Shown here: in pieces, positions 19,315-26,560 of the stretch
Layout of the letters: each line of letters opens with the position of its first letter
How positions within the stretch are numbered: position 1 is the stretch's first letter
DNA from: an uncultured Candidatus Saccharibacteria bacterium
GTDB lineage: Bacteria > Patescibacteriota > WWE3 > 2-01-FULL-39-13 > JAACPI01
Assembly: GCA_964435455.1 (NCBI GenBank)
Contig: CAYSYH010000004.1
Coordinates: 1-39,568, forward strand
Length of the DNA: 39,568 nucleotides
Reading direction: 5' to 3'
Program-made: the position numbers and the translations under genes
The notes under the pieces: model-generated
Database searches by the model: none
The model's input: only the letters and a program-made list of their open reading frames with translations
Told to the model about the DNA's origin: nothing

Positions 19315-19390
19315 ATATATCTTGTTTGTTACTTGTTTGTACTTTTACAAAATACTATAATTATTATGTATTAATTTTCACTAATATGTT

Positions 19391-20728
19391 ATGTTTAATT
19401 CACAAAAATTTCTTAACTATGTCTTGCAAAAAAATCCTCATGAGCCTGAGTTTCACCAAGCAGTAAAAGAGTTTATACTAAAAATAGAAGGGTTTTTACA
19501 AAAAAATCCAGAATATACCGATTTTTCTCTTTTAGAAAGGTTAGTGGAACCTGAAAGAATAATTTCTTTTAAGGTTTCTTGGGAGGATGATAAAGGTAAC
19601 ATACGCGTAAATAAAGGTTATAGAGTGCAATTTAACAGTGCTTTGGGTCCTTACAAAGGTGGTTTAAGGTTCCACCCTAGTGTAAACTTAAGTATTTTAA
19701 AGTTTTTAGGTTTTGAACAAGTTTTTAAAAATGCATTAACTGGTTTACCTATGGGGGGAGGAAAGGGAGGTAGTGATTTTGATCCTAAAAATAAAAGTAT
19801 AAAAGAAATACAGCGTTTTACTAATGCCTTTATGTTAGAACTTTTTAGGCATATTGGTCCTAATACAGATGTTCCGGCAGGAGATATTGGTGTAGGTTCT
19901 CGTGAAATAGGGTTTCTTTTTGGTTCTTATAAAAAAATAAGGAATGAGTTTACAGGGGTTTTAACTGGCAAAGGTTTAAATTGGGGAGGTAGCTATATTA
20001 GACCCGAAGCAACAGGTTATGGTCTAATATATTTTTTACAACAAATGCTACAAGCGCACCATTTAGATTTACAAAATAAAACTATTTTAGTGTCTGGTTC
20101 TGGTAATGTAGCCCAGTATGCTGTAGAAAAAGCAATATCTTTTAATGCTAAAGTCCTAACTATGTCTGATTCTAATGGCTATATTTATGTTAAACGGGGT
20201 ATAAATACAGAGCTTTTAGAATATATTAAGTATTTGAAAAATACTTTAAGAGGTCGCTTAAAAGAAGTGCCTAATAAGTTTAAAGATGTAAAATATATTG
20301 CAAACAAAAAACCTTGGGGCGAATCTGCTGATATTGCTTTACCTTGTGCCACTCAAAATGAAATAGATTTAAGCGATGCAAAATTACTAGTTAAAGGAGG
20401 TATTTTAGCTTTAGCAGAAGGTGCTAATATGCCTACATCCATATCTGCTATTGATTATTTTCAAAAAAACAATGTTCTTTTTGCCCCTGGTAAGGCTTCT
20501 AATGCTGGCGGTGTGGCCGTATCTGGTTTAGAAATGTCTCAAAATTCTTTAAGGTTACAATGGAGTAAGGAAGAAGTAGAAGAAAAACTTAAGAATATAA
20601 TGAGTTCTATACATAAAATTGCTTATGAATATGGCAAAAGCGGTAAAAAAGTAGATTATGTAAAAGGAGCAAATATAGCAGGATTTATAAAAGTTGCTAA
20701 CGCCATGTTGCAGCAAGGTTTTTTTTAA
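19391..20728 (+). CDS. gdhA: NADP-specific glutamate dehydrogenase
   Basis: GPYKGGLRFH, LPMGGGKGGSDF, DVPAGDIGVG, RPEATGYG, SGSGNVA, EGANMP. Confidence 0.96.
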   Translation: MFNSQKFLNYVLQKNPHEPEFHQAVKEFILKIEGFLQKNPEYTDFSLLERLVEPERIISFKVSWEDDKGNIRVNKGYRVQFNSALGPYKGGLRFHPSVNLSILKFLGFEQVFKNALTGLPMGGGKGGSDFDPKNKSIKEIQRFTNAFMLELFRHIGPNTDVPAGDIGVGSREIGFLFGSYKKIRNEFTGVLTGKGLNWGGSYIRPEATGYGLIYFLQQMLQAHHLDLQNKTILVSGSGNVAQYAVEKAISFNAKVLTMSDSNGYIYVKRGINTELLEYIKYLKNTLRGRLKEVPNKFKDVKYIANKKPWGESADIALPCATQNEIDLSDAKLLVKGGILALAEGANMPTSISAIDYFQKNNVLFAPGKASNAGGVAVSGLEMSQNSLRLQWSKEEVEEKLKNIMSSIHKIAYEYGKSGKKVDYVKGANIAGFIKVANAMLQQGFF

Positions 20729-20730
20729 TA

Positions 20731-20764
20731 TTGACATTATATTAGCAGATGCTAATATATAAAT
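20731..20764 (+). promoter_or_regulatory. Sigma70 promoter overlapped by a 10-2-10 ArsR-type operator
   Basis: TTGACA(20731)-16 nt-TAATAT-6 nt-ATG; palindrome TATATTAGCA-GA-TGCTAATATA at 20738-20759. Confidence 0.75.
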
Positions 20765-21025
20765 ATGGAAAATAAAGTTATTTTAGCTTTAAGCAGTTCT
20801 ACTAGATTAAATTTAATAAGTTGTTTAAAAGACGGTCCCAAAACAGTTAGTGAGTTATTGAGTAATTGCAGTGTTACACAATCTGCGGTGTCCCAACATT
20901 TAAAAGTATTAAAAGATGCAGGTTTTTTGCAATCAAAAAAAATAGGTAAACAAGTTTATTATTCAATAAAAAATCCTGAAGTTATAAAACTGTATAAAAT
21001 TATTAATAAATTAATTAAAAATTAA
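20765..21025 (+). CDS. ArsR/SmtB family transcriptional regulator
   Basis: ALSS.TRL.LI, TVSEL, TQSAVSQHLKVLKDAG, GKQVYYSI. Confidence 0.92.
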   Translation: MENKVILALSSSTRLNLISCLKDGPKTVSELLSNCSVTQSAVSQHLKVLKDAGFLQSKKIGKQVYYSIKNPEVIKLYKIINKLIKN

Positions 21026-21027
21026 CT

Positions 21028-21648
21028 ATGAACATATCATATGCAAGAAAAAGTAAATTTAACCTAACTAAAACTTTAGATAGGCTAAAGAAAACTCTAA
21101 AAAAAGAGAAATTTATAATATTAGATATAGTCGATTTAAAAAATGTTACTTTAATATATTATAAAAAGGATGATTGGCTTAACAAGTTATCTGCTAAAGA
21201 TCCTCTTTTAATTTCTTTTATGCCTAATCCTTTTGTATTGTATTCTAAAAATACAAATATTTATTTAGGTATCGGTAAAGGTACTGTCCTTTCCGCTTTG
21301 AATAATTCCCCTGAAGTTCAACAACTAGCCGTAAATATTGAGCAAATTTTAAATACGGTTATAGATGAAGTTACTCAGGCTGGCCCTTTAAAACCCTCTA
21401 AAGTTATTTTGTACTCAACTATGACTTGCCCTTATTGTAGTATGGAAAAATCTTGGCTAGAACAAAAAAAGATAGATTTTGATATTGTTTATGTAGATTT
21501 AAATAGAGAGGCCGGACAAGAGTTAGTAAAAAAGACTGGTCAAATGGGTGTCCCCGTAACAGAAATACAATACGAAGATATGGATTCGGAATATGTTATT
21601 GGTTTTAATAAGCCTATTTTAGCTAAATTATTGGGGGTTTCTCAATAA
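21028..21648 (+). CDS. DUF302-like domain fused to a C-terminal glutaredoxin (CPYC)
   Basis: C-terminal VILYST.TCPYC...TGQMGVPV...VIGFN; the N-terminal half (L...LK...F.IL, ISFMPNPFVLY) resembles DUF302. Confidence 0.75.
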   Translation: MNISYARKSKFNLTKTLDRLKKTLKKEKFIILDIVDLKNVTLIYYKKDDWLNKLSAKDPLLISFMPNPFVLYSKNTNIYLGIGKGTVLSALNNSPEVQQLAVNIEQILNTVIDEVTQAGPLKPSKVILYSTMTCPYCSMEKSWLEQKKIDFDIVYVDLNREAGQELVKKTGQMGVPVTEIQYEDMDSEYVIGFNKPILAKLLGVSQ

Positions 21649-21885
21649 TTATTATAATTTCAGAGTATTCTTTATAATCACCTAATAAATAAATAGCACT
21701 TTTGTTACCTACTTGTTTTTTGTTGTAATACAGTCGTTTATTGGTCTTTTATTATAAGTTTTGCTTTTTAATAACTTTTGGTATAATCTTTTATGTTGGA
21801 TATATAAAAACCTTTATTTTTTTTAATAAGTTTGATTTAATATAAGTCCTTTATTATATAAATTTATTTATGATTAACGACATTT

Positions 21886-22359
21886 ATGGTAAAAGATCAA
21901 GTTATTTTGACCCCGGAGGGGTTGAGAAAATTAAAAAAAGAATATGAAACTTTGGTTAAGGTTGAAAGACCTAAAGTTATTGAAGAAATACAGACTACCC
22001 GTGCTATGGGAGACCTCAGTGAAAATGGTGGATACCAAGCAGCTAAAGAAAAGCAGCGTTTTATTGACCGAAGAATACGCGAATTAGAGCAATTATTAAA
22101 AACAGCAAAAGCTACTACAAAAGCTTTATCTAAAAACAAAGTATCTGTAGGTTCTACAGTTGTTTTGCAAAATACCTCTAACAATGTTCAACTAACTTAT
22201 ACCCTAGTTGGTCCTTCTGAGGCAGATCCTTCTAAAGGTAAAATATCTTATGAATCTCCCCTTGGTAAAAGAATTTTAGGAAAGAAACCAGGTGATTTAA
22301 TAGTGGTAAAAACTCCAGCAGGAGAAATTACCTATAAGATAAAAGAACTTAAAAATTAA
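21886..22359 (+). CDS. greA: Transcription elongation factor GreA
   Basis: LT.EG..KL, GDLSENGGY, EADP..GKISYESPLG. Confidence 0.93.
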   Translation: MVKDQVILTPEGLRKLKKEYETLVKVERPKVIEEIQTTRAMGDLSENGGYQAAKEKQRFIDRRIRELEQLLKTAKATTKALSKNKVSVGSTVVLQNTSNNVQLTYTLVGPSEADPSKGKISYESPLGKRILGKKPGDLIVVKTPAGEITYKIKELKN

Positions 22360-22361
22360 AA

Positions 22362-22841
22362 ATGCTTATGGCAGATAGTAACGTTTTTTTAACCTCTCTT
22401 AGGTTAAAAGAACTAAAAAATGAGTTAAAATACTTAAAATCTATAAAAGAACCTGAGCTAGCTCAACAAATTAAAGAAGCTCGCGAATTGGGTAATTTAG
22501 ATGATAACTCAGAGTTTGATAGATCTTTAGAAGAATTAGCTCTTGTTACTAAAAGGATTAACGAATTAGAGAATATATTATCTCGCGCTGTAATTATAAA
22601 ATCTTCAAAAAAAGGAGAAAAAACAGTTTCTTTAGGTAGCAAAGTTATAGTGGAAGTAGATGGAAGAAAAGACTCTTTTACAATATTAGGTGAGGAAGAA
22701 GCAGACCCTACCAAAGGATTTATATCTAATAAATCCCCTGTTGGTAAAGCCCTTTTGGGAGCAAAATTAGGCCAAGAAGTTTACGTAGAAACAGGTTTTT
22801 TATCTGTAGTTTATAAAATTCTAGATGTTATAAATGAATAA
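22362..22841 (+). CDS. Second GreA/GreB family paralogue with an altered acidic tip
   Basis: AR.LGNLDDNSEF, EADP..G.IS..SPVG.ALLG; start may be 22368. Confidence 0.88.
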   Translation: MLMADSNVFLTSLRLKELKNELKYLKSIKEPELAQQIKEARELGNLDDNSEFDRSLEELALVTKRINELENILSRAVIIKSSKKGEKTVSLGSKVIVEVDGRKDSFTILGEEEADPTKGFISNKSPVGKALLGAKLGQEVYVETGFLSVVYKILDVINE

Positions 22842-24171
22842 TAAATCTCTTGTAATTAATGACATACAAAGGTACAAACAATATATACCTTTTAGTATAA
22901 AGCCCCAATTGCCTATATATGAAGAATTAACTTATAAAATAAGTGAAGTCCAAGAAAAATTAGAAAAAAATTTTTATAGGGTTACAGATATTAATAAATT
23001 AAAAAATGCAGTAAAAGAGGGAAAAATAAAAATAGGTAAATATTCTGTTGTTGAAGAAAAAGATAACCGTTTTTATTTGGTAAAATATAGCGACCTTTTT
23101 GCAAAAGATTTTTTACAAATAAAAAAATTATTACAAAAGTTAGCAGATTTAGAAAAAAATCCTAAATTTAAAGATTATATAAAATCTTTGATTTTAGCTT
23201 ATACAAATAATAATTTTATAGAGCCATATCGTGAATGGGTAACCCTACCCTCTGATATTAAATATGATTTTATATTTTTCCCTACAGAACCATATTTAGA
23301 TAAAGAATTTGAAACAATGCTTTCTTTTGAGTCATATTTAAAAATAACCTCACCCCAAAAAATATTTGATTCTAATAAAGATTATCAAAACTATTTACGA
23401 GGAATAGTAAAAAGTTTCCCCGTTTTTTCCCAAGTACACGAAATGTTGGATATTTCCAAACTCACATTCAGGGTTGATTTATCGTTATTAAGAGGCGGAG
23501 CTACTGTAAAATTTAATTTTATCGGACAGAATTTACCTAATGAACGAAATTTTGTTAAAAACTGGGGAGCTAAAATAAATTTGTATCAAACTGTTATAGA
23601 AGATAAAGTGCTAAAAGGACATTATCCTTTATCTAAGAAGTTAATGCATGATACAACATTAACCCCACAAGATTATATTGATGGGATGATAAAAGTGGTC
23701 TTATCTCACGAGATTGTGGAATCTCTAATGAAGTTTGAAGGTGATGAAGAGAGACTAAAAAATAAATACTTAGCTATTAGAGAATTGAATTCGGATGTAA
23801 ACGGAATTAAAAGTTATATCTATTATCTTTTAAAAACTTCCTTATCCGAAAAAGATTTAAAAAATATAGTCTATTTTCACGTTTTAGATTTAGTGCAATC
23901 TTTTAAAAAATATTATAAAAATAAATACAAAACTCAACATTGGTATGGTTATGTTTACACATTTAACTGTCTTTTACAAAAGGGAGCTATTGAAATAGCC
24001 AAAGATAATAAACTAGTAATTTATCCAAAAAAAGTTTTAGATTGTATCTTTAAAGTTTCTGAACAAACTTTAAATCTCCTTTTAGAAGGTAATGAATTGC
24101 AAGCTAAAGCTTTTCTTGAGCCTTTTATACAAGAAAAACCTTTAAAAACCCTTTTAGGCTTAAAAGATTAA
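22834..24171 (+). CDS. Peptidase M49 (dipeptidyl peptidase III)-like protein with a degenerate zinc motif
   Basis: P.E.Y.D, GQNLPNE, G.K; SHEIVE where HExxH is expected; RELNSD where EExKAD is expected. Confidence 0.65.
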   Translation: MNNKSLVINDIQRYKQYIPFSIKPQLPIYEELTYKISEVQEKLEKNFYRVTDINKLKNAVKEGKIKIGKYSVVEEKDNRFYLVKYSDLFAKDFLQIKKLLQKLADLEKNPKFKDYIKSLILAYTNNNFIEPYREWVTLPSDIKYDFIFFPTEPYLDKEFETMLSFESYLKITSPQKIFDSNKDYQNYLRGIVKSFPVFSQVHEMLDISKLTFRVDLSLLRGGATVKFNFIGQNLPNERNFVKNWGAKINLYQTVIEDKVLKGHYPLSKKLMHDTTLTPQDYIDGMIKVVLSHEIVESLMKFEGDEERLKNKYLAIRELNSDVNGIKSYIYYLLKTSLSEKDLKNIVYFHVLDLVQSFKKYYKNKYKTQHWYGYVYTFNCLLQKGAIEIAKDNKLVIYPKKVLDCIFKVSEQTLNLLLEGNELQAKAFLEPFIQEKPLKTLLGLKD

Positions 24172-24204
24172 TTTAATGGACAAATACTCTTATAAAAAGG
24201 TATA

Positions 24205-25731
24205 ATGTCTATTGCTATGAAAGATTCTACACAAAAGCCCTTAGAACAATTAAGACAAATACGCTTAGAAAAGTTAAAAAAGCTTAAAGAAATAGGTATA
24301 AATCCTTACCCCTCTCAATCTAAAAGAACTTGTACTTTAGGTTACATTTTAGAGAATTTTAAAAAAATAGAAGGAAAAGAAGTTTATGTTACAGGCCGTT
24401 TAATGTCTTGGAGAGAACACGGTAAATTATTATTTACCGATTTACAAGATGCATCTGGTAAAGTCCAGCTTTATATTCGTCAAGATATCTTAAAAAAATT
24501 TAGCAAAAGGTCTCAAAATTTAGGTTTTTCAGAACTTAATTTACTTGATATTGGGGATTTCGTACAAGCTTTTGGAGAAATTACAAAAACAAAAAGAGGT
24601 GAAATATCTGTTTTAGTTAAAGAAATAAAAATTTTATCTAAATCACTAAGACCTATACCTGCAAAAGAAGGGTTAAAGGATAGAGAACTCCGTATGCGCA
24701 GACGTTATTTAGATTTAATTGTTAATAGGGAGGTTTTTGAACGTTTTAAACGAAGAGCGCTATTTTGGCAGGCTCATAGAGAATTTTTTAATCAAAAAGA
24801 GTTTTTAGAAATTAATATACCTGTTTTAGAGCCTGTTCCCGGGGGTGCTGATGCCAAACCATTTATAACTCATATGGACTCTATAGATGAGGATTTTTAT
24901 CTTAGAATTTCTCAAGAATTATATTTAAAAAGATTAATTGGTGGGGGTTATGAAAAAGTTTATGAAATAGGACCTAGATTTAGAAACGAAGGTTTATCAG
25001 ATGAGCATTTACCAGAACATATGGCTATGGAATTTTACTGGGCGTTTGCAGATTGGAAGGAAGGTATGCAAATGGTACAAGACCTCTATAGTTATGTTTT
25101 AAAAAGAGTTTACGGTAACAAAACATTATTTAATATAAGAGGTTTTGAAGTTGATTTTAAAAAAGGATGGAAAATAATTGATTTTTCCAAGTTAATGAAA
25201 AAACATTACAATATAGATATTAAAAATGTAAATTTAAAGACTGTGGAAAGATTATTAAAAGAAAATGATATAAAAATAGATTTTGATTTAAATGTAGCTA
25301 GAGGTATTGATAATCTTTGGAAAAATTTACGAAAGTCTATAGCAGGACCTGCTTTTTTAATTAATCATCCAAAATTTTTATCTCCTTTGGCTAAATCTAA
25401 CCCTAAAAAACCTGAAATTGTTGAAAGGTTCCAACCTATTATAGCAGGTAGTGAGTTGGGCAATGGTTGGTCTGAATTAAATGATCCTTTAGACCAGTAT
25501 GAACGTTTTATGGAACAGCAAAGACTTAGGGAAAAGGGAGATGAGGAAGCCCAAATGTTAGATATTGATTTTGTGGAAATGTTAGAGTATGGTATGCCTC
25601 CTACATTTGGTTATGGCCATAGTGAGCGCGTTTTTTGGTTTTTAGAGGATGTTCCTGCTAGAGAAGGTGTTCCTTTTCCACAGCTAAAACACGAATTAGA
25701 CGAAACTACTAAAAAAATTTACAATTTATAA
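24205..25731 (+). CDS. lysS: Lysine--tRNA ligase (class II)
   Basis: OB-fold, RRRYLDL, GGADAKPF.TH, LRISQELYLKRL, FRNEG, SELNDP, YGMPPT. Confidence 0.96.
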   Translation: MSIAMKDSTQKPLEQLRQIRLEKLKKLKEIGINPYPSQSKRTCTLGYILENFKKIEGKEVYVTGRLMSWREHGKLLFTDLQDASGKVQLYIRQDILKKFSKRSQNLGFSELNLLDIGDFVQAFGEITKTKRGEISVLVKEIKILSKSLRPIPAKEGLKDRELRMRRRYLDLIVNREVFERFKRRALFWQAHREFFNQKEFLEINIPVLEPVPGGADAKPFITHMDSIDEDFYLRISQELYLKRLIGGGYEKVYEIGPRFRNEGLSDEHLPEHMAMEFYWAFADWKEGMQMVQDLYSYVLKRVYGNKTLFNIRGFEVDFKKGWKIIDFSKLMKKHYNIDIKNVNLKTVERLLKENDIKIDFDLNVARGIDNLWKNLRKSIAGPAFLINHPKFLSPLAKSNPKKPEIVERFQPIIAGSELGNGWSELNDPLDQYERFMEQQRLREKGDEEAQMLDIDFVEMLEYGMPPTFGYGHSERVFWFLEDVPAREGVPFPQLKHELDETTKKIYNL

Positions 25732-25745
25732 TATTTCTAAAAAGC

Positions 25746-26300
25746 ATGCCATTACCTTCTAAAAAACAAGCCTTAAGTCTTCTAAAAGAACATGTTAAAG
25801 ATTCTTATCAGCAGTTACACAGTCTTATGGTTGCCACCGCTTTAGAACAAATAGCTAAAAAAAGAAATGAAGATGCTATTTTATGGTATGTTACAGGGCT
25901 TTTGCATGATTTAGATTATTATGAATATCCTAAAGAGCACCCTAAAAAATCTTTAGAATGGTTTGTAAAATGGGGGTACCCTCAAGATTTAATTAGGGCT
26001 ATTGAGGCACATGCTTATTCTAGAATAAACGCACCCAAGCCTGATACCCTGTTGGCTAAATATTTATATGCAACTGACGAATTAAGCGGTTTGATGTATG
26101 CTTATAGTTTGATGAGACCTACAGGGTTTAAGGGTATGACCCCAACAAGTGTAGTAAAAAAGCTTAAAGATAAAAGATTTGCAGCTAAAATAGACCGTAA
26201 TGAAGTAAATGAAGCTTTGGATTTAATAGACGAAGAAAGGAATGATTTTATTAAAATACTAATAGATGTTTTTTCTAACATGCCCGAGTTGGAAAAATAA
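25746..26300 (+). CDS. HD domain (HDIG-like) phosphohydrolase
   Basis: HS..V, GLLHDLDY, H...AH, DELSG, KKLKDK.FA. Confidence 0.88.
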   Translation: MPLPSKKQALSLLKEHVKDSYQQLHSLMVATALEQIAKKRNEDAILWYVTGLLHDLDYYEYPKEHPKKSLEWFVKWGYPQDLIRAIEAHAYSRINAPKPDTLLAKYLYATDELSGLMYAYSLMRPTGFKGMTPTSVVKKLKDKRFAAKIDRNEVNEALDLIDEERNDFIKILIDVFSNMPELEK

Positions 26301-26337
26301 ATTTTTTAAATATTTCTGCATAATTGCTATACGCTTA

Positions 26338-26366
26338 TTTACACTTGCGTTTTTTTTTTGTAAAAT
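26338..26366 (+). promoter_or_regulatory. Sigma70 promoter of the serS leader
   Basis: TTTACA-17 nt-TAAAAT, ending 15 nt before the T-box Stem I. Confidence 0.6.
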
Positions 26367-26381
26367 AAAGCTGATCTTAAA

Positions 26382-26531
26382 AGCGTTGAAGAGGGGTAGC
26401 GCCCTTGGAGCTGTTAGGGAAAGGTTCTTTTTAGAATTTTAACCTAATCGTTTTGCAAACGTAAAATGCTTACACAAGAGGCCTTGACAAGGCAAGGGGA
26501 GTGGTACCGCGGCTCTTTTAGTCGTCTCCCT
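26382..26531 (+). promoter_or_regulatory. T-box riboswitch with ultrashort Stem I and Ser (AGC) specifier
   Basis: T-box helix GGGGAG-TGGTACC-GCGGC...GTCGT-CTCCCT; K-turn Stem I with loop GTAGCG; Stem II, IIA/B and III all identifiable; upstream of serS. Confidence 0.9.
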
Positions 26532-26560
26532 AATTATATTACTCAAATTTAAATTAGTAT

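Noticed and set aside
21630-21750. Open minus-strand frame (KTNKRLYYNKKQVGNKSAIYLLGDYKEY...) in the gap before greA
   Set aside because: No ATG start, about 40 codons, no recognisable similarity; compatible with chance.
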